DNA from: Chitinophagia bacterium
GTDB taxonomy: Bacteria; Bacteroidota; Bacteroidia; Chitinophagales; Chitinophagaceae
Direction: 5' to 3'
DNA: 64,000 nucleotides
Assembly: GCA_009928005.1 (NCBI GenBank)
Contig: RFVO01000001.1
Span: forward strand, 2,708 to 66,707
The notes below the pieces were generated by a model that worked only from the letters and a program-made list of their open reading frames with translations, was not told where the DNA came from and did no database searches. Every line of letters starts with the position of its first letter. The first letter of the stretch is position 1. The position numbers and the translations under genes are program-made. This document shows, piece after piece, positions 38,473 to 48,448 of the stretch.

Positions 38473-39282
38473 ATGGACATAAATAAAATATTAACCGCCG
38501 ATGTACTTGACCTCATTTTCGAGGGAAGGTTTAAGGAATATGGTGCTTATGAGCTAAGAAAAACATACAATGATCGTCTTAAAAAGGCCTTAATTGGTAT
38601 GTTTGCTATAACACTTATGTTGGCAGTTGGCGCTATCTGGTCTAATTCTGTAAAGAAAGCTAAGACTGAGATAGTAGTTACAGATGTTTCTTTAACAGAT
38701 GTAACGCAAGAAAAAAAGCCACCTCCTCCTCCCCCTCCTCCGCCAAAGCAAGAACCACCAAAAGTGGAAATGGCAAAATTTACACCTCCTAAAATCGTAA
38801 AAGATGAGGAAGTGAAAAAAGAAGATGAGATTAAAGAAGTAGAAAAATTAGAAGACGTAAAAATTGGTGCAGTAGATCAAAAAGGTATCAAAGACGATGG
38901 TCTTGTGGCACCAACTGAATCGACAGTAGCGCCTCCTGCAGAAGAAGAAACTGATAAAATCTTTACAGTAGTACAAATTCCTGCTGAATTCCCTGGTGGA
39001 CAGCAAGGATGGATACGCTATTTGGAAAGAACTTTAAATAGAGACTTACCTGTAGAAAATGGAGCACCTGCTGGAAAATACTCTGTAGTAGTTTCATTCG
39101 TTGTAGCTAGAGATGGTTCTATTAGTGATGTAAAAGCTGAGAACGATCCTGGATATGGCACAAAGGATGAAGCTGTTCGTGTAATTACTAGAGGTCCAAA
39201 ATGGAAGCCTGCTGTTCAGAATGGTCGTAATGTAATTTACCGCCATAGACAAGCCATTGTGTTTGTTGTATCTGAAGATTAA
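38473..39282 (+). CDS. tonB: energy transducer TonB
   Basis: N-terminal TM, a run of nine Pro codons at 38719-38745, a Lys/Glu-rich spacer, and a TonB C-terminal domain (PAEFPGGQQGW...YRHRQAIVFV). Confidence 0.88.
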   Translation: MDINKILTADVLDLIFEGRFKEYGAYELRKTYNDRLKKALIGMFAITLMLAVGAIWSNSVKKAKTEIVVTDVSLTDVTQEKKPPPPPPPPPKQEPPKVEMAKFTPPKIVKDEEVKKEDEIKEVEKLEDVKIGAVDQKGIKDDGLVAPTESTVAPPAEEETDKIFTVVQIPAEFPGGQQGWIRYLERTLNRDLPVENGAPAGKYSVVVSFVVARDGSISDVKAENDPGYGTKDEAVRVITRGPKWKPAVQNGRNVIYRHRQAIVFVVSED

Positions 39283-39311
39283 GCTTTTTTCTTAATTAAG
39301 ATAATTATAAT

Positions 39312-39345
39312 GCCTCCTCTCGTTCATTCGGGGGGAGGCTTTTTT
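39312..39345 (+). terminator. rho-independent terminator after tonB
   Basis: GCCTCCTCTC-gttcattc-GGGGGGAGGC followed by T6. Confidence 0.8.
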
Positions 39346-39358
39346 CTATTATAAAGTT

Positions 39359-39366
39359 TACCTTTG
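39359..39366 (+). promoter_or_regulatory. candidate -7 box (TACCTTTG) 7 nt from the mnmE ATG
   Basis: TACCTTTG-TTTATCT-ATG. Confidence 0.45.
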
Positions 39367-39373
39367 TTTATCT

Positions 39374-40750
39374 ATGCGCGAAAATTTAAGTACTTGGAAC
39401 GATACCATAGTAGCACTTGCTTCTCCTCCAGGATTAGGAGCTATTGCAGTTATTAGACTAAGTGGTCCAAAATCAATTGAGTTAGTTGCATCCGTATTTT
39501 CCAAAAAGAATTTGGCGGCTAAGGCTTCGCATACAGTTCACTTTGGTAAAATTATCGACGGCTTACAAGTCATAGACGAAGTGGTAGTTACATTATATAA
39601 AGCGCCTAAGTCTTATACAGGGGAGGAGGTGGTAGAAATTTCTTGTCATGGATCGCCTTTTATACAAGACTCCCTATTGCAGTTATTTATTTTAAAAGGG
39701 GCTAGGCTAGCAAAGCCTGGTGAGTTTACTCAGCGTGCTTTTTTAAATGGTAAATTAGATTTAACACAAGCGGAAGCAGTAGCCGATTTAATTGCCAGCA
39801 ATACAGAGGCTTCTCGCAAAACAGCATTATATAATTTAAAAGGAGGCTTTTCTTCAGACTTACAAGTGATGCGCGAAAAATTAATAAAATTTTCTGCACT
39901 TATAGAATTAGAATTAGATTTTTCTCAAGAAGATGTTGCATTTGCTAATAAAAAAGAGTTGGAAAAATTAGTAGCGCAATTACAATTGAAGACACAGTTA
40001 TTGTATAATTCTTTTAAGCTAGGCAATGTTATTAAAAATGGGGTACAGGTAGCAATTGTAGGAAAGCCCAATGCAGGAAAATCGACCTTATTAAACACTT
40101 TGTTAAACGAGCACAGAGCATTGGTAAGTGAAATACCTGGCACCACGCGCGATACGGTAGAAGAGTATCTTACCATTAATGGAGTCTTATATAAATTAAT
40201 TGATACTGCAGGTATAAGAAGTAGTACTTCAGATTTGATTGAACAAATGGGTATTGACAAGAGTATTGAAAAAATTACGCAAGCCGATATAGTCATAGCC
40301 TTATTTGATGCAAGTACTACTAGTGCAAAGCAAATTATAGATTGGCAGGCATCAGTAGGTAATGATAAAATGATATTAGTGGGTAATAAGATAGACTTAG
40401 GTATTGATTCTACCTTGCAAAATAATGAAACTTTAAAAGACATTATATTTATTGGAGCAAAGGATAAGAAAAACATTGAAGCTTTAAAAACAATTCTTAC
40501 AGAGAAAGTTGTTGGAGATGGATTAAACAAAGAAGGTACCATAGTGACTAATGCAAGACATGCTACTGCGCTTAAAAAATTATTATATGCCCTTGTAGAT
40601 ATTGAAACTGGACTTGCTAATAATGCTACTGGTGATTTGCTAGCTATTGATATTAATCAGGCTCTTCATTATTTAGGCACCATTACTGGACAAATAACTA
40701 ATGAAGACCAATTAGATTTTATTTTCTCTAAGTTCTGTATTGGGAAGTAG
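39374..40750 (+). CDS. mnmE: tRNA modification GTPase MnmE
   Basis: GKPNAGKSTLLN and DTAGIR, with the C-terminal FCIGK motif. Confidence 0.96.
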   Translation: MRENLSTWNDTIVALASPPGLGAIAVIRLSGPKSIELVASVFSKKNLAAKASHTVHFGKIIDGLQVIDEVVVTLYKAPKSYTGEEVVEISCHGSPFIQDSLLQLFILKGARLAKPGEFTQRAFLNGKLDLTQAEAVADLIASNTEASRKTALYNLKGGFSSDLQVMREKLIKFSALIELELDFSQEDVAFANKKELEKLVAQLQLKTQLLYNSFKLGNVIKNGVQVAIVGKPNAGKSTLLNTLLNEHRALVSEIPGTTRDTVEEYLTINGVLYKLIDTAGIRSSTSDLIEQMGIDKSIEKITQADIVIALFDASTTSAKQIIDWQASVGNDKMILVGNKIDLGIDSTLQNNETLKDIIFIGAKDKKNIEALKTILTEKVVGDGLNKEGTIVTNARHATALKKLLYALVDIETGLANNATGDLLAIDINQALHYLGTITGQITNEDQLDFIFSKFCIGK

Positions 40751-40751
40751 A

Positions 40752-41243
40752 TTACTGCGCAGTGTCTACTTTATTATTTTCTCTTTTTGTATAGAATTTT
40801 TTTGCTGCCTCTAATGTGATGTCTAGTTGTAGTTTCATTTTCTTACTATCAAAATAATTATGAATTCTTTTCATAGGAGAAATAAATTTATTATTTATGT
40901 TGGCTTCATATCTTATCATAGTACTATCGCCACCTGCATCAATAGCAGAATAGGTAACTGGCCCTGACATTTCATTAAGGGTATACAAACATTTAACTGC
41001 AGATAAAAAAGATTCATGTACTTCCAATTTACCCTGCTTTAAAACAAAAGTATGGTCATTGATTGAATCATGAGGCATCCATTTATCCCAGTATTGGATA
41101 CTCATAAAGGAGTTAGTTACAATATTACCTGGCTGATGCACATAGCTGACACTACTAACTACTATTTTGTTAGGGATAAATAAATATACTAAAATTATAA
41201 AAAAGGAAAAAACAGTAATTAAAAAAAGTTTAATGTATTTCAT
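40752..41243 (-). CDS. hypothetical membrane-anchored protein
   Basis: N-terminal TM IKLFLITVFSFFIILVYLFI. I recognise no motif. The stop codon lies 1 nt from the mnmE stop. Confidence 0.5.
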   Translation of the reverse strand: MKYIKLFLITVFSFFIILVYLFIPNKIVVSSVSYVHQPGNIVTNSFMSIQYWDKWMPHDSINDHTFVLKQGKLEVHESFLSAVKCLYTLNEMSGPVTYSAIDAGGDSTMIRYEANINNKFISPMKRIHNYFDSKKMKLQLDITLEAAKKFYTKRENNKVDTAQ

Positions 41244-41338
41244 AAGATATTGTTTTCTAGTTCTACAAGCATATTAAGTTGAACTAGTTTAATTCAAAAT
41301 TAATCATATATCTGACTTAAGGAACAATTTTTTAAACC

Positions 41339-41346
41339 TATATTTG
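41339..41346 (+). promoter_or_regulatory. candidate -7 box (TATATTTG) for the outer-membrane barrel gene
   Basis: Exact TAnnTTTG, 34 nt upstream of the GTG start at 41381. Confidence 0.35.
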
Positions 41347-41380
41347 ATTTTTATTTGTTGATACAAATTTAAGTGTATTC

Positions 41381-42529
41381 GTGAAAAATATTCTACTCGA
41401 TATAAAGCTTTTCGCAGTCCTCCTATTAGTTTTAGGCAGCAATGTAGAATTAAGGGCGCAGGGTTGTGTGGCCATTAGAACAGTGGGTGGGTTAAATACC
41501 ATGGAACATTCTATGATGCACGGAATGATGCATGATAGTAATGTTTCAAAAATGGCAGAACCTAAATGGGAACTCAATATTAGTGGTCGTTACTTTAAAT
41601 CTTATAAACATTTTAATGGTACTGACGAGCAAACCCAAAGAGTTGACGAGCAAACAGATGTTAGAAATTTTAGTCGCACCTTGGACATTTCTTTGCTAAG
41701 AAAAGTAAATGAAAAATGGAGTATTGGTTTTGATCTCCCATTAGTATACAATGAAAGAAGTTCTTTGTATGAGCATGTAGGAAGTGCTATCGGTAATCCG
41801 CGTTTTTCTACTTTTTCACAAGGTATTGGGGATATTAGAATAGCTGCATATAAATGGCTTATTGCACCAAGGATAGGGGCGAAGGGAAATTTATTAGCAG
41901 GCATTGGTCTTAAAATGCCAACAGGTAATTTTAAATCAGAAGATATTTTTCATTATAAATTAGGTAGCTCTATTTTAACTAGAAAAGGACCAGTAGATCA
42001 ATCTATTCAGCCAGGTGATGGGGGCTGGGGTATGACAATTGAATTAAATGCATTCAGACAATTAAATAATTCCTTGAGTACTTATGGGAATGTCTATTAT
42101 TTAATCAATCCAAAAGGAAATAATGGAGTAAGCACTGCAAGAGGGGGTATTGCTTCAGCATCAGCCATTAAGTATACATCAGATGTGATGAGTGTGCCTG
42201 ATCAGTATTTACTAAGAGCAGGTACTAACTTTACAACAAATAACTTTACCCTTTCATTAGGAGTGAGATATGAATGTATTCCTGCAAAAGATATAATTGG
42301 AGACAATACTGGATTTAGAAGACCTGGCAATGTATTGGCATTAGAACCTGGAGCAAATTATAATTATAAAAAATTCAATTTTTATTTATATGCACCAATT
42401 GCCATTAGAAGAGAAAGGCCTCAAAGCTATCCTGATATTTTAAAGACTAACGATACTAATGTATTTTCCAGAGGCGATGCTGCTTTTGCAGATTATAGTA
42501 TTAGCCTAGGTTTTGGCTATAAGTTTTAA
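41381..42529 (+). CDS. outer-membrane beta-barrel protein with N-terminal Met/His-rich motif
   Basis: Signal peptide ending LRAQG. MEHSMMHGMMHDS follows right after the signal. The rest has an alternating beta-strand pattern, and the C-terminus GFGYKF (terminal Phe) is typical of OMPs. Confidence 0.65.
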   Translation: MKNILLDIKLFAVLLLVLGSNVELRAQGCVAIRTVGGLNTMEHSMMHGMMHDSNVSKMAEPKWELNISGRYFKSYKHFNGTDEQTQRVDEQTDVRNFSRTLDISLLRKVNEKWSIGFDLPLVYNERSSLYEHVGSAIGNPRFSTFSQGIGDIRIAAYKWLIAPRIGAKGNLLAGIGLKMPTGNFKSEDIFHYKLGSSILTRKGPVDQSIQPGDGGWGMTIELNAFRQLNNSLSTYGNVYYLINPKGNNGVSTARGGIASASAIKYTSDVMSVPDQYLLRAGTNFTTNNFTLSLGVRYECIPAKDIIGDNTGFRRPGNVLALEPGANYNYKKFNFYLYAPIAIRRERPQSYPDILKTNDTNVFSRGDAAFADYSISLGFGYKF

Positions 42530-42591
42530 GCCTAAATAAAAGCAAATTAAAATTTAAAAAAGGGGTGCAAATTTTTTACAAAATTTTGCGA

Positions 42592-43542
42592 TTAATCGAA
42601 TATGGAATTATTCAAATGTTGAAATGCTTCCATCGCACCCATGTATTCACAGGTTCTAGCGCCTGCTTTATTGGCATTACTTATGATGAGTTTCCAATTT
42701 TCAATAGTAAGCTTATTTATATCTAAATTATTTAGCGTATTCAATTGATATAAAACAGCACCTACAAAAGCGTCGCCTGCGCCGGTGGCATCCACAGGTT
42801 GAATAGGGATGCTTTTAATGATTTCAATTTGCTCGCCTAGAGAAAGTAACGTGCCTTCTTTACCTAAAGTAATGGTAAAGACAGCCTTTGTTTTTTTTCT
42901 TAAAGCATTTGCTGCCAATGTCACTGTATCAAAGCCAGTGATTAAAAAGGCTTCTTCATCGCTCAATTTAAAAAAATTGCACCTTTCAATAAAAGGCATG
43001 CATTGTGTTATAAAATAACTGCTATTATTTTGAAAAAGTAAATGTCTGTAATTGGGATCAAAACTAATTAAACAGCCTGCTTGTATTGCTGTTGCTAATA
43101 ATTCTATGTAAGTGCTTTGAAGTGGGCCAGGTAAAAAAGCAGTAGCAGATCCAAAATGAACAATACTATATTCTTTTAAATTAAGTGCTGCTAAATCGGC
43201 TATGGTTAATTCTTTATCTGCACCTCTATTAAAATAAAAATCTCTTTCCCCATCGTTCATTAAAGAAACAAAAGCAAAAGTGGTAAAATGAGTTGGGTCC
43301 TTTATAATTAGATTAGTATTTACGCCCATTTCTTTAAGTAAACTAGTGAGGTGAAGTCCAAAGGGGTCGTCGCCCACTTTTGCAGCCATGCTTACATCGC
43401 CGCCTAATGCTGCAATAGCGGCAGCTACATTTGCGGGAGCACCGCCAGCTTTTTTTAAAAACTGTTGGCCATTTGATAATGATACATTTACATCAGTGCA
43501 AATCATATCAATTAGAGCTTCGCCAATACAAAGTACTTTCAT
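42592..43542 (-). CDS. PfkB-family sugar kinase (fructokinase-like)
   Basis: GGAPANVAAAIAALGG and DATGAGDAFVGA. Confidence 0.85.
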   Translation of the reverse strand: MKVLCIGEALIDMICTDVNVSLSNGQQFLKKAGGAPANVAAAIAALGGDVSMAAKVGDDPFGLHLTSLLKEMGVNTNLIIKDPTHFTTFAFVSLMNDGERDFYFNRGADKELTIADLAALNLKEYSIVHFGSATAFLPGPLQSTYIELLATAIQAGCLISFDPNYRHLLFQNNSSYFITQCMPFIERCNFFKLSDEEAFLITGFDTVTLAANALRKKTKAVFTITLGKEGTLLSLGEQIEIIKSIPIQPVDATGAGDAFVGAVLYQLNTLNNLDINKLTIENWKLIISNANKAGARTCEYMGAMEAFQHLNNSIFD

Positions 43543-43586
43543 GTATTAATTAATTAATTAAATATAGTCATTTTTTAAAAGGGCTG

Positions 43587-43594
43587 TATCTTTG
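43587..43594 (+). promoter_or_regulatory. candidate -7 box (TATCTTTG)
   Basis: Exact TAnnTTTG, 25 nt upstream of the ATG at 43620. Confidence 0.45.
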
Positions 43595-43619
43595 TATAAT
43601 ATAAATAATATTTCCTTTC

Positions 43620-44084
43620 ATGTCTATCGAAGTAAGTTATCAAAAAGCGCAGGTATTAGAAGCCATGCGTTATCATTTTATAAAGCAACCAGAAATTAAA
43701 ACACTCATGATTATAGTGAATGTTTATGCAATCCTAACTGGCATTTTATTATTCCTTAAAAAAATTAGACCAGAATTATTTTTATTAGGCTCTGTTCTTT
43801 GGATTGTATTACTGCTTATATTTTGGTATGTTATGCCTAGAATTTTTTATAAAAAAACGGCTTTATTTACCTATAGCTGGGATTTTAATTTTGACAATCA
43901 AAAGGCAAGTTTACATTCCATGCAAGGGGAAGCTGCTTGGGACTGGAAAGAAGTATCCCATTATTTTGAAAGCCCACATTTTTTTCATATTTACTTTAGC
44001 CCTAAAACTTTCTTTATAATCCCTACAGATAATATGACCCTCGAGGTAGAGCAAGCATTGAGGTCTATTTTAAAGAATAAATAA
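43620..44084 (+). CDS. YcxB-like membrane protein
   Basis: Two central TM helices and a C-terminal W.W..V.......F.IY.S....FIIP pattern. Confidence 0.55.
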   Translation: MSIEVSYQKAQVLEAMRYHFIKQPEIKTLMIIVNVYAILTGILLFLKKIRPELFLLGSVLWIVLLLIFWYVMPRIFYKKTALFTYSWDFNFDNQKASLHSMQGEAAWDWKEVSHYFESPHFFHIYFSPKTFFIIPTDNMTLEVEQALRSILKNK

Positions 44085-44318
44085 GTCCTTAGCAATACTT
44101 TCCCTTTAAAGGTTATCCACTTTTACAATAATTAATTAATAAAAAAGACCCCATTTACTACTCATTGTTCGCTTATAAAAAGGCCTGTAAAATGGGCTAT
44201 TTATGCTATTTTTAGCCTAGAAAACCCCCAAAAAGCCCAAAATAGACCTACCTTGTTGATGGACTTCAAAATGTGTAAACAAAAAGGCAAATAAAATACT
44301 TCGTTTTTAACAAAAAGT

Positions 44319-44326
44319 ATATTTTT
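44319..44326 (+). promoter_or_regulatory. candidate -7 box (TATTTTTG) for acpP
   Basis: Exact TAnnTTTG, 24 nt upstream of the ATG at 44351. Confidence 0.45.
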
Positions 44327-44350
44327 GCGCCGTAAACAAAACCTTTTACA

Positions 44351-44587
44351 ATGTCAGACATCGCTACAAGAGTTAAAAAAATCATCGTTGACAAATTAGG
44401 TGTAGATGAAGCAGAAGTTACAAGTGCCGCTTCTTTTACAAATGATTTGGGAGCAGATTCTTTGGACACAGTTGAATTAATTATGGAATTTGAAAAAGAA
44501 TTCAACATTTCAATTCCTGATGAACAAGCAGAAACTATTACTACCGTTGGTCAAGCTGTTGCTTATTTAGAAGAGCACGCGAAATAA
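44351..44587 (+). CDS. acpP: acyl carrier protein
   Basis: Phosphopantetheine attachment site [17 protein letters not shown]. Length is 78 aa. Confidence 0.97.
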   Translation: MSDIATRVKKIIVDKLGVDEAEVTSAASFTNDLGADSLDTVELIMEFEKEFNISIPDEQAETITTVGQAVAYLEEHAK

Positions 44588-44631
44588 CTAAATTCATTTA
44601 GAATTTTCAAGCTGAATCATCGGCATATTTA

Positions 44632-44676
44632 AATCCGCCTTTTTGAGCCTTTGCTTTAAAGGCGGATTCTTATTTT
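44632..44676 (+). terminator. acpP-fabF intergenic hairpin (partial terminator / attenuator)
   Basis: AATCCGCCTTT / AAAGGCGGATT form a perfect 11-bp stem with a 15-nt loop, followed by CTTATTTT. Confidence 0.65.
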
Positions 44677-44688
44677 AAAACAATTAAC

Positions 44689-45942
44689 ATGCAAACTAAA
44701 CGCATTGTAGTTACTGGAATTGGCACTTTAACACCTATTGGAAATAACCTAGCTTCTTACTGGGAAAATTTAGTCAATGGTGTCTCGGGTGCAGATATGA
44801 TAACTCAATTTGATGCCTCTAAGTTTAAGACAAGATTTGCATGTGAAATCAAAGGTTTTGATCCTGTAGAATTTATGGATCGAAAAGAAGCTAGAAAATT
44901 AGACCGCTTTGCTCAAATTGCTTTAGTGGCAAGTGACCAAGCAGTGGCCGATGCAGGTATTACAAAAGACAATGTAGATCACGATAGAGTAGGTGTTATT
45001 TTTGCCAGTGGTATTGGAGGTTTAAATACTTTCACTGAAGAGATTACCAATTTTGTGCAAGGTGATGGCACACCAAGATTCAATCCATTTTTTATTCCTA
45101 AGATGATTTTAGACATTGCCGCTGGGCAAATTTCTATGAAGCATGGTTTTCGTGGTCCCAATTTCGCAGTAGTTAGTGCCTGTGCTTCTAGTACTAATGC
45201 CATTGTAACAGCTATGGATAATTTAAAATTAGGCAAGGCCGATATTATTGTTACAGGTGGGGCAGAGTCGGTTATTGGAATTGCAGGTATGGGTGGTTTT
45301 AATGCAATGAAGGCAATGAGTGAAAGAAATGATGATCCTAAAACAGCTAGTCGCCCATATGACAAAGATAGAGACGGTTTTATCATGGGAGAAGCTTCAG
45401 GTGTTTTAGTTCTAGAAGAATTAGAGCACGCAAAAAAACGTGCTGCTAAAATTTATTGTGAAGTAGTGGGTGGTGGTGCTACAGCAGATGCTTATCATTT
45501 AACGGCACCACATCCAGATGGTTTAGGTGCTAAGAATGTAATGATCGCTGCTTTAAAAGACGCTGAAATGCAACCATCAGATATAGATTATATCAACACA
45601 CACGGTACTTCCACACCCTTAGGAGATATAGCAGAAACAAAGGCTATAATGGCTGTGTTTGGTGAGCATGCTTATAATTTAAATATTAGTTCTACGAAAT
45701 CCATGACAGGTCATTGCTTGGGTGCAGCTGGCGTAATTGAAGCTATTGCTTGTGTTCAAGCAGTGGTAAATGATATTATTCCTCCTACCATCAATCATTT
45801 TACAGACGACCCTGAATTAGACCAACGCCTTAATTTTACTTTTAATACAGCGCAAAAAAGGACCGTGAATGCAGCCTTAAGTAATACTTTCGGATTTGGC
45901 GGACACAATGCATGTGTGATTGTAAAAAAATACAAGGCCTAA
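44689..45942 (+). CDS. fabF: 3-oxoacyl-ACP synthase II
   Basis: Active-site blocks VSACASSTNAI, INTHGTSTPLGD and TGHCLGAAG. Confidence 0.97.
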   Translation: MQTKRIVVTGIGTLTPIGNNLASYWENLVNGVSGADMITQFDASKFKTRFACEIKGFDPVEFMDRKEARKLDRFAQIALVASDQAVADAGITKDNVDHDRVGVIFASGIGGLNTFTEEITNFVQGDGTPRFNPFFIPKMILDIAAGQISMKHGFRGPNFAVVSACASSTNAIVTAMDNLKLGKADIIVTGGAESVIGIAGMGGFNAMKAMSERNDDPKTASRPYDKDRDGFIMGEASGVLVLEELEHAKKRAAKIYCEVVGGGATADAYHLTAPHPDGLGAKNVMIAALKDAEMQPSDIDYINTHGTSTPLGDIAETKAIMAVFGEHAYNLNISSTKSMTGHCLGAAGVIEAIACVQAVVNDIIPPTINHFTDDPELDQRLNFTFNTAQKRTVNAALSNTFGFGGHNACVIVKKYKA

Positions 45943-45948
45943 TTCAAA

Positions 45949-46656
45949 GTGAAAAGAATACAAACTTTACTTTCCTTTTTCAAAAAATCTGATTTTGAAA
46001 AAAATTTAACAGCTCTCATTGGCTACAAAACAAAAAGTATTCTACTTTTTCAAACTGCATTAAATCATAGATCGGTTCGAGAGAATCCATCAGAAAATAA
46101 TGAAAGACTTGAATTTCTTGGCGACGCCATTATAAGCTCGGTGGTGGCCGATTATTTATTTAAAAAATATCCTTACAAAGGAGAAGGTTTTTTAACTGAG
46201 ATGCGAAGTAAGATGGTGAATAGACAGCAATTGAATCATATTGCAGTGCAAATGGGTCTCCGTAAAATGACAAAGTTCAATAAAATGGATGGGTCTTTGA
46301 AAACAAGTCAAATTTTTGGAAATACACTTGAGGCCTTAGTTGGTGCAATTTATTTAGATAAGAAATACGATTTTACTAAACTTTGGATTATAGAAAAAAT
46401 GATACAACCTTATTTGTTTATGGACGATTTAGAACAAATAGATATTAATATAAAAAATAAAATTATTGGCTGGGCTTTAAAACAAGGAAAACAAATTGAT
46501 TTTGTATTAGCAGGCGAACAGTTAGAAGGCAGAAGAAGATTATTCACCATTAATGTAGTACTTGATGGGGAGGTAGTTACTGCTCAAAAAGGCTATACTA
46601 AAAAAGATGCTAGTCAATTGGCAGCACAAAAAGCCATTGAAATTTTAGGTATTTAA
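45949..46656 (+). CDS. rnc: ribonuclease III
   Basis: Signature NERLEFLGDAI and a C-terminal dsRBD. GTG start. The stop abuts the convergent mce stop. Confidence 0.92.
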   Translation: MKRIQTLLSFFKKSDFEKNLTALIGYKTKSILLFQTALNHRSVRENPSENNERLEFLGDAIISSVVADYLFKKYPYKGEGFLTEMRSKMVNRQQLNHIAVQMGLRKMTKFNKMDGSLKTSQIFGNTLEALVGAIYLDKKYDFTKLWIIEKMIQPYLFMDDLEQIDINIKNKIIGWALKQGKQIDFVLAGEQLEGRRRLFTINVVLDGEVVTAQKGYTKKDASQLAAQKAIEILGI

Positions 46657-47058
46657 TTATATACTTTGGCAAAGCTCAATAAGCACACCATTCGTTTCTT
46701 TAGGATGCACAAAACAAATTAATTTATGATCAGCCCCTTTTTTAGGAGTTTCATTTAAAAGGGTAAAGCCTAGTTTTTTTAATCTTTCCATTTCAGCTAC
46801 TATATCAGGTACTTCAAAAGCAATATGGTGAATGCCTTCTCCCTTTTTATCTATGAATTTAGCAATGGGCCCTTCGAGCTTGTTACTTTCTAGTAATTCA
46901 ATTTTGGTGCTTTGTTGAAGAAAAAAGGCTGTATTCACTGCTTCACTATCAACAGATTCTGTTTTATAGCAAGGGCTACCTAACAATTGTTCGAATAAAG
47001 GGATGCTAGTAGCTAGGTCTTTTACCGCGATTCCTATATGTTCTACTTTATAATTCAT
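46657..47058 (-). CDS. mce: methylmalonyl-CoA epimerase (VOC superfamily)
   Basis: VEHIGIAVKDL and GIHHIAFEV. Length is 133 aa. Confidence 0.8.
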   Translation of the reverse strand: MNYKVEHIGIAVKDLATSIPLFEQLLGSPCYKTESVDSEAVNTAFFLQQSTKIELLESNKLEGPIAKFIDKKGEGIHHIAFEVPDIVAEMERLKKLGFTLLNETPKKGADHKLICFVHPKETNGVLIELCQSI

Positions 47059-47134
47059 GGTCCTATTGTTTTACGAATTGGGAAAAAATTAGCTTTAATG
47101 CTTAACGAATTCAATAAAATCAAGCCTTAAGCTT

Positions 47135-47142
47135 TACTTTTG
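47135..47142 (+). promoter_or_regulatory. candidate -7 box (TACTTTTG) for iscS
   Basis: Exact TAnnTTTG, 26 nt upstream of the ATG at 47169. Confidence 0.45.
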
Positions 47143-47168
47143 TGCTTTAGAAAAAATCAAATTCGGAT

Positions 47169-48386
47169 ATGTTAAAATTACCAATTTATCTTGATCATAA
47201 TGCAACTACACCCATGGATCCTAGGGTTTTAGAAGCAATGATCCCCTATTTTGTCGAAAATTTCGGAAATGCGGCTAGTCGTAACCATTCTTTTGGATGG
47301 CAAGCTGAGGAAGCAGTTGATTATGCACGTGAGCAAGTGGCCCAATTAATTGGTGCCGATGCTAAAGAAATTATATTCACCTCTGGCGCTACTGAAGGCG
47401 ACAACCTAGGTATCAAGGGGGTCTACGAAATGTATGCAAGCAAGGGTAATCATATTATTACTTGCACTACAGAACACAAAGCTGTTTTGGATACTTGCAA
47501 ACACTTAGAAAAATTAGGCGCAGAAGTTACTTATTTAGATGTTCAACCCGATGGTTTAATAGATTTAAAACAATTAGAAGCTGCTATGAAGCCTACTACT
47601 ATTTTAGTAGCTATCATGTATGCTAATAATGAAATTGGCGTTATTCAACCAGTGAAAGAAATTGCTACCATTGCTAAAAAGCATGGTGCGCTTTTCTTTA
47701 CAGATGCAGTGCAAGCTGTAGGAAAAATTCCTGTCGATGTTATTGCAGACGGAATTGATATTATGGCATTTACTGCACATAAAATGTATGGTCCTAAAGG
47801 AGTAGGTGCTCTGTATGTGAGAAGAAAAAATCCACGTGTAAAAGTAACTGCACAATTAGATGGTGGAGGACATGAAAGAGGAATGCGTAGTGGTACTTTA
47901 AATGTTCCAGGTATAGTAGGCTTTGGAAAAGCTTGCGAACTTGCTCGTTTAGAAATGGCAGCAGATACAGAAAGAATTTCTAAATTAAGAGACAAGTTAG
48001 AAAATGCTTTAAAACAAATTGATGAGTCTTATGTGAATGGTAATACAGCACATCGTTTGCCACATGTAAGTAATATCTCTTTTAAATATGTTGAAGGTGA
48101 AGGTTTGATGATGGGCTTTAACAAAGACATCGCATTATCCTCTGGCTCAGCTTGTACATCTGCTTCCTTAGAGCCTAGCTATGTTTTAAAAGCATTGGGC
48201 TTGGGCGATGATTTAGCACATAGTTCACTTCGTTTTGGTTTAGGAAGATACACCACTGAAGAACAAATCGATTATACTATTAAAGCTGTAACCGATACAG
48301 TTTTAAAACTAAGGGAAATGAGCCCGCTATGGGAAATGTTTAAAGAAGGTATTGATATTGATTCAATTCAATGGGCACATCATTAA
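47169..48386 (+). CDS. iscS: cysteine desulfurase IscS
   Basis: PLP lysine in [11 protein letters not shown]. Catalytic loop [17 protein letters not shown]. Confidence 0.95.
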   Translation: MLKLPIYLDHNATTPMDPRVLEAMIPYFVENFGNAASRNHSFGWQAEEAVDYAREQVAQLIGADAKEIIFTSGATEGDNLGIKGVYEMYASKGNHIITCTTEHKAVLDTCKHLEKLGAEVTYLDVQPDGLIDLKQLEAAMKPTTILVAIMYANNEIGVIQPVKEIATIAKKHGALFFTDAVQAVGKIPVDVIADGIDIMAFTAHKMYGPKGVGALYVRRKNPRVKVTAQLDGGGHERGMRSGTLNVPGIVGFGKACELARLEMAADTERISKLRDKLENALKQIDESYVNGNTAHRLPHVSNISFKYVEGEGLMMGFNKDIALSSGSACTSASLEPSYVLKALGLGDDLAHSSLRFGLGRYTTEEQIDYTIKAVTDTVLKLREMSPLWEMFKEGIDIDSIQWAHH

Positions 48387-48448
48387 AACCTGGTTGCTTC
48401 ATTAATCGGATTTTTTTAATAATTTTGAAAATATAAAATAAAAATAAA

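Noticed and set aside
39925-40542. 205-aa ORF antisense to mnmE, unusually long for an AT-rich genome
   Set aside because: It lies entirely within a well-supported gene. Its composition (Ser/Leu/Phe/Ile/Cys-rich, no recognisable motif) is typical of antisense translation. No promoter box or terminator is associated with it. In this frame, stops need a Tyr, His or Gln sense codon preceded by a T-ending codon (T- or C-ending for Tyr). Chance absence of stops is therefore plausible.
42567-42589. AU-rich hairpin GCAAATTTTT-tac-AAAATTTTGC between the OM barrel gene and the PfkB kinase gene, considered as a bidirectional terminator
   Set aside because: The stem is almost entirely A-T and contains an internal mismatch. 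That is too weak to call from sequence alone.
44085-44350. 266-bp gap before acpP, examined for a tRNA, SRP RNA or other ncRNA, and for the 80-aa antisense ORF at 44266-44508
   Set aside because: I could not fold a cloverleaf, a GGAA-tetraloop SRP domain or any strong stem. The only pairing is a 7-bp stem with a 37-nt loop. The ORF overlaps acpP in antisense. The gap probably contains just the acpP promoter region.
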